A stretch of DNA of 64,000 nt from Flectonema sp. DT1601 (GCA_964019425.1 OZ025791.1:558001-622000), one strand, 5' to 3'; counted from the stretch's first letter, positions 24,595 through 36,882 are shown. Numbers and translations: made by a program. Notes: generated from the sequence alone by a model not told the origin.

Positions 24595-26932
24595 TTACCA
24601 GGATGCTTGTTTTCTGTATGGATGTTTTTTTTATTATTATTTATTTGAAAACGCTTTTTGTAAAGCTCACATTGTTGTAATTAGTAACATACCCCATGCC
24701 ACTCAAGACTGATCTACTTTCCGATAGTAAGTCTTTCAGGCGGCTCTCGGCTTGGGCCTGCCACTGTTCGTCTACTCGTGACTGTGTTTGTTTTGTTCTT
24801 GCAGTACTAAATTAGCAAAGCAGATATGACATAATGTATTACACATACCGAATCAAAGTATTGAGAGAGCCCAGTCTTTAACTCTGTCGTTGCCTCACTT
24901 GGAAGTCTTGATATGACGGTATCAGCTTTTGTTATCATATCCTTTGTTAAAGACATTAATGTATCTCTTTCATGTTTGAGAATGATGTTCAAAGTTCCTT
25001 CTAATTGTTTCTTTATTTCAGCATCAAGAGTTGTTTGTAATGCCTGTTGTGTTTATATTAAATTATTGACCCTACACATACACAGAAGTACTTGAGTATA
25101 CAATTACATACATCTTTAAGTGCATCTTGCTCAGAGTTTGATACTTTTGGATGAAATACACCAGCTGATACCTGTTCCTTGAGTCTTAGAAGTCCCGGTT
25201 CGCTCAATAAACTTTGAATAGTTCTCTTTAACTTGGTTTCCATTTCCTTAGCTTCTGCAAGCCTCTGCTTGTGAGCCTTGTCAGCAAGTTTGTTGTATTC
25301 GTTCTGTTTGTTGTTGTTGGCGTTGTTGTTACTTCTGTAATAAAAATGTTGAATAAGAAATATAAAATATCATACGATTGATTCATCAGCTACCTTACGA
25401 AGTTCTGTAGAAGTAGTCACTTGAATCTCTTTGAGTTTGTCTTGCTCTTGATTCGATGATTCCGCGATGAGTGCGAGAGCCTGTTGGTTAGTTTTAACAA
25501 GCTCTTGTTCTGCCTGATGATTGTAGTGTTTTTGAAGTTCGTGAGATTCAGAAACTTCCACCTCAAGTCTGTTGAGACGCTCTACGAGATCTTTGTGGCA
25601 TTCCAACATCTTCTTACAGGTTTCTGAAACAGCTTCCGTAGTCACCTTCAGTTGCTCTTCAAACTCTGGTGGGATTTGCTCAACTGACGCCTTGTTTTGA
25701 AGAGTTTTATTTTCTTCTTTTAGTTGACTGTTCTCACGTTCTAATTCCTTCACACGAGCGGTAAGCTCATCGAAGGATGCTGTTTGAGATGCAAAGTGCT
25801 CCTTTGGCATCACCATTCCAGAATATGGTATGTCATGAAGAGCGAAGCCTTCAGTATGACGAGCAGATATCCGAACACCATTACTGTCTGAGTAAGCCTC
25901 TAAAGATACAACGTGCCCTAAATGATCACCACAGTTGTAGTGATTGATTGACTTGACTAAGCAGCCATTATCAGTTGCGGTACTTAGTCTTAGCACTACT
26001 ACTTGTGATTTATTCTTTGAACCAATCACTACAACATCTCCCTTAGCTGAGACACAGAATAATTCAGAAGCATCGATACCAGATAGTGTGATTTCTTGTT
26101 TTCTCCATGCTCTCCAAACTTTTTCCTTTGGCTTTATAAGATAAACTGTCACCGTTGATTTGGTTTTTGACCAGACAAGAACGACGTGACTCATGACTAC
26201 CTTATCGTCGTGCATTGCAGGTAGTATACGAACAGCAGTAATTTCAGAATCTTCTGGCTTCCAAGTACACAATTTTGACAAGTCAGAAGCGTCAATTGTG
26301 ACAAGAGAGTTGTCCTTACCAATAGCAACGAAAACCTTTCCGTCAGTTGATAAAGAGAGATCAATAGGTGCTAAGTTGAGATCAACTTCAGTAAGTACGC
26401 AGTGTAACAGAGCTTCTTTGTAGGTCATGTTGGTCTTTCCAGCCTCAATCCCAGCTGTGACATTTATATCAAGAATGTTTCCATCACTGTTTAATACAGC
26501 TAATTTAGTATTGTTCTTATCGCAGTGGGCTTCAATCTTTTTCGCTCCATTTTGAGGCATCATAATTTTGAATTTTAGTTCAGCATCTCCCTCAGGTTTG
26601 TTTAAAGAGTATACAGCGACACATCCGAGGGAGGTTCCTGGCTGTTTGTCTTTCACGAGAATAGCGAATAAGTCTTGTTTTCCGTTTATACTGCACATGT
26701 CGCTTACGAAAGCTTCACTAGCTAAGAATCCTAATGGTATACGAGACCGATGGCCGTTAGTAAGATGAACTCTAAGCTGTGATTCTTGATCTAATATATA
26801 GGCATCTTTCACTTTCATGTGTGCTCTACGAAACTCACTACCTTGAATCGATGATGTAACTACTACATATGGTTTTGTCTCATGAAGATTTGAATCCTTC
26901 AAGGTATACTGCAGATCGTCATTACACGTCAT
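24595..26932 (-). CDS. Beta-propeller-like plus coiled-coil protein, possibly EDC4/VARICOSE-like (multi-exon)
   Basis: The 520-aa ORF continues in frame through introns 25375-25304, 25111-25044 and 24848-24782, then a donor at 24692. The last exon is uncertain. The family is suggested only by architecture. Confidence 0.55.
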
Positions 26933-27659
26933 TGTGTGTCGATGCTGGAAAAAGATAAAACAGAAATATTTAAACTACAAAGTAAGACTTAGGAATGACA
27001 ACTCGAATATATATGAGATTAGTGTTTTTTTTTAAATTTAATTTAAATACCCATATATGAAAAAAAAAGCTAAATGTAATGCGCATTCCTCATTTTAAGA
27101 AACAAAGAGAGAAAAAGAGAGAGCCAAAAAAAAAAAAACAGAAATCCTGGTGAGGAATTTCTAAAAATAACTGACAATCACAGCTGACTCATAAAGAAAT
27201 AATCTTTAATGTGCTGCATAGTTTGTCAAATTAAGAACGTTCAGTCACACTCAAGTAATATTTAAATAAAGAGATAGAGAAGCCATATTATATTGTATTA
27301 CATATTGTGCTTCACTGATACAGCTAAACTAAAAAGTTAATCTTTACAGCTACGGGGGGCAGCAGCAATAAAAAAAGTAGATAACAAATAACGGAAAAAA
27401 AAAAAGAAAAAAGAAAAAAACAGTGATAACAATTTTGTTTTGTGTACAAAATCAGTTGTCACGTAACGTCATATATTTCGTATTTTTGGCTTATTGTCCG
27501 GACTGTTCTTGCCAGACGTAACCGACCACAGGAAGAAAGAAGCATAATTATACAAGTGAGTTGGTTATAAAGAAAATAGTTTACTAGTAACCGTTGACCA
27601 TTTTGAGTTAGATGTGGAAAAAAAATTGTATAATTATATGTGAGAGGTTTTTTAGGGGT

Positions 27660-28529
27660 TTACAACTTTGCCCGCTTGCTGCATCCTGGTGCGATAATCT
27701 CTCCGCTGTCTCTCTTGCGAACAGCTTCCTTAAACCCGTGTTGTTCTGATTCTCTTTTAAACCACATTCCTTCAGGGGAGTGGCGAGAGACACCATCAAA
27801 GAAGGTTGATAAGATCTGAGCAGTTGGTAGCCCTTGTTGGTCAACAGATGAGTTTATAACAACTTTGTGCATTAATAATTGATTACGAGGAACAGCTGCT
27901 ATGTTAGAGGCTAACTTAGCGACAGTACTATCAAGTTCAACTGGTGTAACAGATTGAGTGATTAGTCCCCAGCTAGCAGCAGTTTCACTTGAAATTAGTT
28001 GACCAGTAAACATCATTAACTTCGCACGTTCTGCACCAATACGAGTTAGCCACATGGCAGTGGTTGGTACTCCCCAGACTCTTGCTGGTGGGTATCCGAA
28101 TCTAGCTTCAGTTGAAGCAATGACTAAATCACAACACAAAGCGATATCAGAACCACCTGCTACACAAGGTCCATTAACTTTTGCGATTGTTGGTTTGTTA
28201 CTACGCCACAGTGACATGAAGTCATCTGTGTTTCTCTTCATCATTCTGTAGTCGATTGTAGGATCCCATGGCATGTCTACTTGAACACCGGAATTACCTC
28301 CCTTTGCTTGAGCAAATGCTTTCAAATCATAACCACCACAGAAACCTTTTCCAGCACCAGTCAATACGATAACATTCACATCGTCATCATCGTTTGCTAA
28401 TTCTACAGCTCTTCTTATCTCTGATGGCATGTACATATCGATAGCATTAAGTCTCTCTGGTCTATTTAATGTTATGGTTGCTATCCTTCCTTCAGTTTCA
28501 TATTTAATGCTCTTGAATACGTTTGACAT
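27660..28529 (-). CDS. Enoyl-CoA hydratase/crotonase family protein with C-terminal PTS1 (AKL)
   Basis: ITLNRPERLNAI, FCGGYDL, KPTIAKVNG..AGG motifs; the protein ends SKRAKL*. Confidence 0.92.
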   Translation of the reverse strand: MSNVFKSIKYETEGRIATITLNRPERLNAIDMYMPSEIRRAVELANDDDDVNVIVLTGAGKGFCGGYDLKAFAQAKGGNSGVQVDMPWDPTIDYRMMKRNTDDFMSLWRSNKPTIAKVNGPCVAGGSDIALCCDLVIASTEARFGYPPARVWGVPTTAMWLTRIGAERAKLMMFTGQLISSETAASWGLITQSVTPVELDSTVAKLASNIAAVPRNQLLMHKVVINSSVDQQGLPTAQILSTFFDGVSRHSPEGMWFKRESEQHGFKEAVRKRDSGEIIAPGCSKRAKL

Positions 28530-28832
28530 TTTTTTTTGTCGCTTTTGTTTTTATTAAGTCAGAGGCTGAGAAATATAAATAATAAAGAAGCCGGAAAAAA
28601 CAAGCAAAACTTTCGTCAGAAACTGGGGGAGAAAATGTGATTAGTTATTTATTTCACAAATATTAATAACTGTAGTAAGATAGAATAGAAAAAATGAGAC
28701 GGACGTAATGTCCAACAAAACACCAAATCGGCGTGAAATAGGATGAGAGATTGCCAACAAGTAGACAAGTAATTTGTTATGAGAAATAAAAACATCGAAT
28801 TCAATGAACTCACGCGAACTGTAATAATTAAT

Positions 28833-28868
28833 ACATACTTGTACCCCTTTAAAGGGGTACAAGTATGT
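28833..28868. repeat. Perfect 36-bp palindrome
   Basis: ACATACTTGTACCCCTTTAAAGGGGTACAAGTATGT equals its own reverse complement. Confidence 0.95.
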
Positions 28869-29103
28869 TAATATTACTAATAAATAAACAAAAGAAGGTT
28901 ATGACACAATAAGAGACTGGAGATAGCACGAGAGCTCTCTTTGCGAAAAAAACAGTTTTTTCTTTTTTTTTTTTTGAGAAGGTCGGAAGACGAGAGTTGC
29001 TAAAAGGCAACAACCCGCATGAAAGATAAGAGCAACACGAGGGATTGCTTTCAGAATTAATACAAAACTTAGTTAGTCTTGTAAGTCATCGTATAAAAAC
29101 ACT

Positions 29104-30381
29104 TCACACATCAACAGGATTCGCTTCAACAACAATAGTAAGCGTACCCTCAATAGATAAGAATCCTTGTTTCAGTAGTCGTTCTCGTCGAATAAACCTC
29201 CTCCAACCCCAACCAGCTGATCTCCAACGAGTGTCCGTCGATGCAACAGAGCGGATCACAGAGAGTTCACACGATGTTTTATTCACAATTTGAGCATTGT
29301 ACTTCGCAGGCGAATCTGAAGATTTATATGCCCCGAATGTGAGAAATCCGTTTGTATTTCCATCTCCATAGGGATACAAACGACATGTCCAAATGTCACC
29401 ATTTGAATCCGGAAAAGAAGGAGACTCGATGAACCTCTCCATCCTTGAAGGAAAGTTTTGAATTTTCCAATTTAACGAACCAACATTACCACTTGATATG
29501 GCAGTCCTCTCTGTAGGAGAATCTATAGAAGTCATATTTAGTGGTTGACAGAATAGTTGTGTTTGTTCATTCGAATCTAATATAGAGTCTTCAGATAAAC
29601 TAATGGATAAGTCAGCAATACTACTACTAGTCTCTAACATCTTATCTCTGAATTGAACTACCATTGTTTCTAGCTGTTTACATCTTTTAAAAAGAGGATG
29701 TCTCGTAGCAAACATACAACTCTGATAGTGAGACCCCATCTCCGAGGCTGATCCCTTTTTCGTACAACCGAGATGTTGATAAGAACAACTAACACGATTA
29801 TGAGAACATTCTTTAACATGAACTGATAATTCTTTTAGAAGTAGTAGCTTCCCACAACCAGTATTAGGACAAGGTACTGAAAGGCGAGAGCAATCTTTTT
29901 GTAAATGGTCTTTAAGTTTAGTTGACTGAACTGGGACATTACAAAGAAGACACGGTCGAACAGAGTCAGCGCACTGATTTTCGTGAGCAGATAAATCTTT
30001 TGAAAGCACTTCCTTATCGCAATATTTACATATCTTTAGACTATAATCCTGAAGGCAATCTGTTACATGGTTTCCTAACCTTTCTAATGTGCCTGTCCAT
30101 CGACAGCTGACTTCTTCGTTTGGACAACACACTTCAAGTTCTCGAATCAACTCTTTTCGAGTGATGTCAACGTATAGTCCGGTCTTTAAACTCTTTCTAC
30201 AACATGGACACGATTCTAACCCAGCAACACAATCCCTGCAAAAACCGTTTTGACAATACAAGTGAAAACAAGCATCCTTTATTATAAGAAAGCAGATAGG
30301 ACACTTCAACTTACTCGGAAGGGTATCAAAATTAACAAACAGATCCTCAGGGTAGCCATCAGGGAAAAGTATATCCGTCAT
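29104..30381 (-). CDS. TRAF-like protein (RING, TRAF zinc fingers, MATH)
   Basis: RING CPIC..FCRDC..CPCCR, repeated C/H TRAF fingers, and MATH motifs WKIQNF..WTCRLYPYG..GWGWRRFI. Confidence 0.88.
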   Translation of the reverse strand: MTDILFPDGYPEDLFVNFDTLPSKLKCPICFLIIKDACFHLYCQNGFCRDCVAGLESCPCCRKSLKTGLYVDITRKELIRELEVCCPNEEVSCRWTGTLERLGNHVTDCLQDYSLKICKYCDKEVLSKDLSAHENQCADSVRPCLLCNVPVQSTKLKDHLQKDCSRLSVPCPNTGCGKLLLLKELSVHVKECSHNRVSCSYQHLGCTKKGSASEMGSHYQSCMFATRHPLFKRCKQLETMVVQFRDKMLETSSSIADLSISLSEDSILDSNEQTQLFCQPLNMTSIDSPTERTAISSGNVGSLNWKIQNFPSRMERFIESPSFPDSNGDIWTCRLYPYGDGNTNGFLTFGAYKSSDSPAKYNAQIVNKTSCELSVIRSVASTDTRWRSAGWGWRRFIRRERLLKQGFLSIEGTLTIVVEANPVDV

Positions 30382-30582
30382 TACAACGAGTGTGATATGA
30401 AGGGAGGGGGCTAATAAAATATAAAACTAACAACAACCAAATGATGTTATACGAGTGTGCATATATTAACCTGATTAAAGGAATTATAATTGTAAAGAAG
30501 TATTTTCAGCATTTTTTTTTTCTTCTTCTTCTCACTTCTAGAAAGTATTACTCGTAAGATGTGTAAGTGTCATCAGCTGAAG

Positions 30583-31818
30583 TTATAATTGAAAAACAGA
30601 ATTCATCTTAAAAGGCTTCGAGCCGCTTAGTTGAGGATTTTGAGTGAAGTCAAGTTGGTCTAAAACCTCACGTAGTCCGTAGAGTAGTTCGCTGTATTTA
30701 ACTGTCTTTCCTCGTTCTTCTATTGATTTGATTAAAACAATAAAAGCGGTAGTTAGAGCCCCACCTGCTCTACCTTTAACAGCAGATCCGATGAAGGAGT
30801 CGTGTGGACGAAGACGAGCATTGGCTTCTCTTTCGTTTCGGACTGCAAGTGATGATCGTCGTTTTGTTGTGTTTACAGATCTCTTTTTTGGTCCGCTATA
30901 CCAATTAGTAAACCAGTCTTCTCCATCATCCATTGATGCTAAGAAATCGTATTCTTCTTTTTCAGTTGGAGGTCTTTCATTTGCGTTCAATGGTAACAAG
31001 TCTTCTTCTGTGAATGTTATCGGAGGGTTGTCATCAAATGCTGAAGTAATTTCTCGAACATCTGTTGTGTCAGCTGATGTTTCTTCATCAGCACATCCAC
31101 TTAAAAGTAAAACATCAGCATCACAAAGTCTATTTGAATAATCATAATTAGTTAAAGGTTGTAAAGTATCTTCATATTCATCAATGGATTCTGTTTGAGA
31201 CATTTTACGTCTTTCTTGCATAGTTTTCCAGCTGGTTTTTGAAGGGCAGAGACCGAAAGGTAAATCTAAACCAGTACCTGAATGACAACAGTCCATTACA
31301 GCTGTTAGTCGACAACCAGCTGGTAAAGGTTTAATAAGGATCTCAAACATAACGTCATCAACAATCTGTCCTTTGATACGGTGATCAGACGGGAGGATGG
31401 TCTCGTCCAAACCATCAACTTCATCTCCGTCGGTGTCCTTAACTTGACATCCGTGTCCTGCAAAGAAGAAGAACAGACTATCACCAGGCTTTGCTCCATA
31501 AACTAACCATTTCATTCCTACTAAAATATTAACTCGGTTTGCAAAACTACTTGTTCCTTGGTGTTCAGCCTCGTCTGTTAACATTCGAACATCAGAGAAT
31601 CCTTTTCCTTCTAAAAACTCTCTCATTCGCTTAGCATCACTGACACAACCATCTAACTCAGCCTTCCCTTGTCCGTAATAATTAATTCCAATTATCAAAG
31701 CACGTCTTCTAGCATCTTTAGGTACAGAAACTAATACAGTTGGTGAAACCATACTCACTACTTCTCCATTTGGATGAGTTCTACGTGGTGGATCACACAG
31801 GTCGAGGACATTACCCAT
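30583..31818 (-). CDS. Metacaspase (peptidase C14)
   Basis: RALIIGINY, catalytic GHG and DCCHSG, SGCADEETSAD, GGALT, QNPQLS. Confidence 0.93.
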   Translation of the reverse strand: MGNVLDLCDPPRRTHPNGEVVSMVSPTVLVSVPKDARRRALIIGINYYGQGKAELDGCVSDAKRMREFLEGKGFSDVRMLTDEAEHQGTSSFANRVNILVGMKWLVYGAKPGDSLFFFFAGHGCQVKDTDGDEVDGLDETILPSDHRIKGQIVDDVMFEILIKPLPAGCRLTAVMDCCHSGTGLDLPFGLCPSKTSWKTMQERRKMSQTESIDEYEDTLQPLTNYDYSNRLCDADVLLLSGCADEETSADTTDVREITSAFDDNPPITFTEEDLLPLNANERPPTEKEEYDFLASMDDGEDWFTNWYSGPKKRSVNTTKRRSSLAVRNEREANARLRPHDSFIGSAVKGRAGGALTTAFIVLIKSIEERGKTVKYSELLYGLREVLDQLDFTQNPQLSGSKPFKMNSVFQL

Positions 31819-32369
31819 GTGTGTTCTCCTTTTTGGTAATTATCTTTGTTATGTGTAAATAGCTGTGAAGGAGGGTATAAATAATTATTTCTCAGAATGT
31901 ATTCCGATGCGAAGGGGTAAAGCAAGTGCGAGTGTCGTTCCACCGCTTATGTGATGTATGGCAACACTGTTGTGGAAAATACATCTACAAAAAGAATGTA
32001 GCATGTCTTGGATTTTAAAAACATATATTTGCTTGTCAACTTATTTTGCCATTGTGTGGCAATAGTTTACTGTGACAAGAAAGGACTACGTAATGTTCTC
32101 CGGAATTAGAAATTGTATTAAGACGTTGCTCGTTGAAGAACTTCTCCCCACTGCTGGTTCGCGACCAAGGGAACGTTTTTTTTTTTTTTTCGTTTTTTTT
32201 AACTTCTTTATCTTTCGCTTCCTCGTTTCTTTCCTTCTTTCTTTTGTTGCTTTTCTGCCGTTTGTTTCTCGTAATCTTCGAGAGCCGTGCAGACAGGCAT
32301 TATAAACGGACAACACTACACAGCGGAGAATGCCACATGGAGAGATAATACAAGTTGACAGCACACAGT

Positions 32370-33632
32370 CTATGCTAGCCTCGTGAAGTCCTTAACAATG
32401 TTTTTGTGGTGAGATTCTAGAGTTCCTCCTCCAATCTGTTATAGTTAATTGGTTGTGTGGTGTGATATAATTAGGACTCTGTTATCTCAGGAAATCGGAA
32501 AACATACCTCTAAAAGCTTAGCGTCTCTCCAAAGACGTTCGACAGGCATATCTCTGCTGTATCCCATACCTCCGAGAACCTGCATTGCAGCATCGGCCAC
32601 TTCCTTTCCGACAGGTGTTGCGAACAACTTTGCAGCGTCAGTACCAATTCTGTTTTGCTCATCAGCACCTACAGAACGGGCGACTGTGTAGGTCAAAGTC
32701 TTTGCAGCTTCAGTCTTGGCAAATCCTTCAGCGATGTACTTTTGGATTTGACCGAACTCTGCGATTGGCTTTCCAAAGCAACGTCTTTGTTGAGACCAAT
32801 CGAACATCACTTCAAGTGATCTGTCTGCGATACCAACAGACATGGCTGCGAGTGTAAGTCTTTCAAGTTCTAAGTTACGCATCATACACTTAACTCCACC
32901 ACCTTCTGCTCCAATAAGGTTTTCAACTGGTACTTTAACGTTGTTGAATCCTAAGTCACACATAGTAGATGCTCTCATACCACACTTGTCAATCTTGCTA
33001 CCTTGTGTGAATCCTTCGTAACCTCTCTCAACAATAAAAGCGGAGACCTTTCCTTCAACCTTTGCGTAGACAAGGAATATATCAGCATGGGTACCGTTTG
33101 TAATCCAAGTCTTACCACCGTTAAGAATGTAGTGGTCTCCCTCACGTACGGCAGTAGACTGCATACCAAGGACATCAGTACCAGCACCTGGTTCAGACAT
33201 ACCCATGGCACCAATCCACTCACCAGACATGACCTTATCAAGGTAGCGAGCCCTTTGGTCTGCGTTTGCAGCGTTGTAGAAGTTGTTAACGAATAACATT
33301 GAGTGAGCCAGATATGCGAGACAGAACCCTGGGTCAACCTTTGACAGTTCGTGGTGGATGATGACTGCGGCAGTAGCATCCATTCCAACACCTCCATCTT
33401 CTGCTGGGATAGTAATTCCCATCATTCCTAATTCTCCGAACTCCTTTAGAAGCTCAACGTTGAAGTCACCTCTGACGTCGTATTCTCTCGCTTGTGGTTC
33501 AACCTTCTCTTTAGCGAATTTAGCAACGGTGTCTCTAATCTGTTCATGCTCTGGAGTTGGGTTGTAGAGAAAGTCAGCTCCCTTCATGCTGAGAAACCTT
33601 CTCTGACCCGCGGCGAGTGCTGAACGCATCAT
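32370..33632 (-). CDS. IVD: Isovaleryl-CoA dehydrogenase-like acyl-CoA dehydrogenase (2 exons: 33632-32508, 32435-32370)
   Basis: Mitochondrial-type presequence and motifs GAMGMSEPGAGTDV, KTWITNG, LGGMGY. Intron 32507-32436 restores the conserved LEIGGGT. Confidence 0.88.
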
Positions 33633-33839
33633 TTTTATTTTATTTTTTTTGTGCTTGGCAATGCTGTATAAAACATGGTGTAATAATTAACAACCAACCA
33701 ACAGAGATAACTAATTCTAAATACTTAAATAGTATGTCCACATGACGGATGTCGTGGTAGTCTAGTAACGAATATTTGAGAATGGGAAAAAGGGATTATT
33801 TTTTTATTTTTTATTTTTTTAATTATGTTGTAAGCTCCA

Positions 33840-35792
33840 CTACATTCCAATATAAACTGCTCCAAGCATAACCCAAACAGAAATAACATCCTCAGGGTAA
33901 GGAGTTATTTTAATTCGAATGGTATGTCGAATAGTGTCACCTTGCAACTCTAAGATATCACACGTGTGTTTGTTTGAAGCAAAATGAGACATCATCCTCG
34001 ACGGTGATCGATGAGTAAAGTGAACAGGAAATCCAGTAAACAGTCTTCCACTTTGAATACATTGTCTTATTGAAGAGTGAAAAGAATCCATTTCTAAAGG
34101 AACAGATGTAATTTTTTGTAATTCCAATGACCACAATGCCTGAGTCATAATATATGAGATACTTCCTTGATCCCAAGTTGTTAACAACCCTCTCTGATCT
34201 CTGTAGTCTGTGATGCTTTGCATTAACGCTGCTTCCAATTGCTCTTCTATTGATGAAATATCAGTTGGAGTAAATGTCGGAGGTACTATTGTTGGAAGTG
34301 GTTGTTTTTTTACAAGTTTTAACTTTATTGGATTCATACTCTTCCAAAGCCTGTCATCATCAAAGTCAAACGATACTCCATAAATATCATCCACACTTTG
34401 TAATGATGCTACGATTGCTCCGTCAGTGAATGCTGAATGAACATGAGTTAACCCTAACCACGTTGATGGAAATGATCCCCCAGAATCAATGCTGTGTCTC
34501 TCACCGTTCATTGCATTCCATAATATTATTGTGTTTCCTTCTGAAGTTTTATTCTTCGTCATAACTGACATTTGACTTTGTCCAGAAGCATCAGTTCCTA
34601 ATAGTACCCAAGCATCTAATCCGTGACCAAGTAGTAGGGAAGCTAATAGTGTGCAGTGTTCAGGTACATCACCTTTTTTCCGAGAGATAAATGAAAATTG
34701 ATTAAGCCAACCGTCAGTTGCGGGCTTTGCCGGATTCATTGCTGAAACACCTTGTGGATGTTCAACACGATCATCGTCGTAATCGTAAGTAAGTAAACTA
34801 ACAAAACGAGAGCATTCATAAGGAGAGTCAAGTACCCTGTCAGGTCTTAGAGCTGAGACTGTAGCAGTCACAGGTACCATTTGAGTAGAATGTGTTATGA
34901 TATTGGTAAATACTTTTACATTACGAGAAGCAAAAGAAGGACTGAAGGCGTGAAACTCTTGCCACCAACGTCGAGCATAGACTAGAAATTCCCTTTCGGA
35001 TGCAGTGTTATCGCTGTTCTCTGAGTTAATTTGATTTGAGATATCATCTCCTCCAATTGCTGTGTGATATGGAAGTAATTCAAGTTGGAGTTCCATTACT
35101 CCGATTGGGATTTTTAAACCGTGATTTCCTCCTCCCATCTCAACACTGAGAGACACGCTGCCAGACTTTAAACAGTTTCTCCATTCGATTTGATTTTCAC
35201 CAATTAGTTTGTAGTCATCTCTGTGTGAATTGTAACGAAGTAAGACGATGTGAATCTTTTCACTTAATCTCATTAAGTCTCGAGAGTTGTGTCTCTCCTG
35301 ATGTCGAAGCATTCTTTGATATTGTTCAGTAGTACTGTTCTTAGCCAACTCTGTCTCAATATTTATTAAAAAAGAATCATCAAAAGGAGGATCACAACTA
35401 CACTCCGTAGGTTTTGAAGTAAACCTATGAGTTCCAAAATGGATGACTGCTATTAACTTTTCATGTTTAGATGGTTCTGAGTCGAGGTGTTCTAAGAAAG
35501 CTCTTCCCCCGAGTAGTCTAACATGTAAGTATCGGTCATTTGGTCGGAGGGGTTTCTTTTGATTGTCAGATATGTTGTTTTTACTCCCTTTTACAGAATC
35601 GATAAGCCGACTTATGCATCCTCTCTCTTGCACTAAGCTAAGAAGTGTGTCAACGCTTGGATCAGCACCCTCTCTTGCAGTGTAATCAAGTAGTAGTTCT
35701 CTTATCTGACCGTAGACGTTACCATCTCGTAAATGTGCATCAACAATACCTCTCAGTTCGTGGATCTTATCCGGTGGTAGGACGTCCTGCAT
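33840..35792 (-). CDS. CEP76: Centrosomal protein CEP76-like
   Basis: N-terminal C2 region (YLHVRLLGGRAFLEHL), FLVYARRWWQEF, transglutaminase-like GDVPEHCTLLASLLLGHGLDAWV, C-terminal YPEDVISVWVM. Confidence 0.85.
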   Translation of the reverse strand: MQDVLPPDKIHELRGIVDAHLRDGNVYGQIRELLLDYTAREGADPSVDTLLSLVQERGCISRLIDSVKGSKNNISDNQKKPLRPNDRYLHVRLLGGRAFLEHLDSEPSKHEKLIAVIHFGTHRFTSKPTECSCDPPFDDSFLINIETELAKNSTTEQYQRMLRHQERHNSRDLMRLSEKIHIVLLRYNSHRDDYKLIGENQIEWRNCLKSGSVSLSVEMGGGNHGLKIPIGVMELQLELLPYHTAIGGDDISNQINSENSDNTASEREFLVYARRWWQEFHAFSPSFASRNVKVFTNIITHSTQMVPVTATVSALRPDRVLDSPYECSRFVSLLTYDYDDDRVEHPQGVSAMNPAKPATDGWLNQFSFISRKKGDVPEHCTLLASLLLGHGLDAWVLLGTDASGQSQMSVMTKNKTSEGNTIILWNAMNGERHSIDSGGSFPSTWLGLTHVHSAFTDGAIVASLQSVDDIYGVSFDFDDDRLWKSMNPIKLKLVKKQPLPTIVPPTFTPTDISSIEEQLEAALMQSITDYRDQRGLLTTWDQGSISYIMTQALWSLELQKITSVPLEMDSFHSSIRQCIQSGRLFTGFPVHFTHRSPSRMMSHFASNKHTCDILELQGDTIRHTIRIKITPYPEDVISVWVMLGAVYIGM

Positions 35793-36042
35793 CTTGTGAG
35801 TACTCTTTGATTGTAAAATAATTTATAAGTGAAATATTCAAATTTAAATTGGATCTGGTTTTTTTTGTGTTTTTATCTGTTACTTTGTGAAAAAAAAAAA
35901 AAAAAAAGGAAGGAAAAAAAAAAAAATAGTAGTTTAAAAAGAAAATCGATTCCAATAAACATCAAGTAAGAAGGAGAAAAAAAAGACCACAAGCAACATG
36001 CTATTACTGAATACGGAGAACCGTATTTGTTGTAGTACTCCA

Positions 36043-36882
36043 CTACTCCACAGGACTTGCTTCAAATGATGTGAAGTTCTTTTCCTTAACCCATGGAGGT
36101 CTTAGTGCGAACATTAAATGACTATCCTCCGTCTTTATACCCCATCCTTCGTTTACTTTACGAAGGTCGTATCTTTCTGTTAATGAACTTCGGCGTACCA
36201 TTACATTCATGTATGCTAGTAATCCGTGAGTTGATTTTAAGTTTTCAATGAAGAAGTATATAACTAGTAAGTCTTCAGCGGTAGTGAATATCGTTGGTTT
36301 TAGTTCACTCCAATCTGATGAGAGGACTCGATAAAGATTAGTCATAATATCCGTTAGTAGTGTTCGTGAAGGTTTTGAAAGACTCTTATCTCTACCAGAT
36401 GGAATGAATGGACCTGCGAGGACTTTACGTTCCTCCATCCATTTTCCTCTGAGAGCTTCATCTTTTATTGTGTCAAATGGATCTGTGTCATACGAATAAG
36501 TTCCTTCATATTTCATTGTTGTACTATTCCCTGGAGCAACAAACGGTGCTGTTCCAGCAATGGCTCCGACTATGCTGTGATGTTGTCTTCTTTCACGACA
36601 TTGTAATTCTGAATTCAAATCATAAGGACTCGCACTATATTCAAACTCAGTAAATAAACCTTTATAAGTACCCGCTTTAAACGATTGTGAATTTTCATTC
36701 ACCCTATTAAAATCTTTTTCTAATGCTGTTGGTCCTTTTCCAAGGTCAGATATAGATGTGTATGAACCAGGTGCAAATGCAGCCCTGATTGTCTCGTGTT
36801 GGCATCCCAGAGACGCAGGTAACTTACTCGACAAGTTAGGTTTTGCGTACCCTGGTATGCGCTTTGTGTCAGCCTCAGTCAT
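36043..36882 (-). CDS. Hypothetical protein (279 aa)
   Basis: Long ORF with normal composition and a U-rich CAG acceptor at ~36895. No family recognised. Confidence 0.7.
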   Translation of the reverse strand: MTEADTKRIPGYAKPNLSSKLPASLGCQHETIRAAFAPGSYTSISDLGKGPTALEKDFNRVNENSQSFKAGTYKGLFTEFEYSASPYDLNSELQCRERRQHHSIVGAIAGTAPFVAPGNSTTMKYEGTYSYDTDPFDTIKDEALRGKWMEERKVLAGPFIPSGRDKSLSKPSRTLLTDIMTNLYRVLSSDWSELKPTIFTTAEDLLVIYFFIENLKSTHGLLAYMNVMVRRSSLTERYDLRKVNEGWGIKTEDSHLMFALRPPWVKEKNFTSFEASPVE

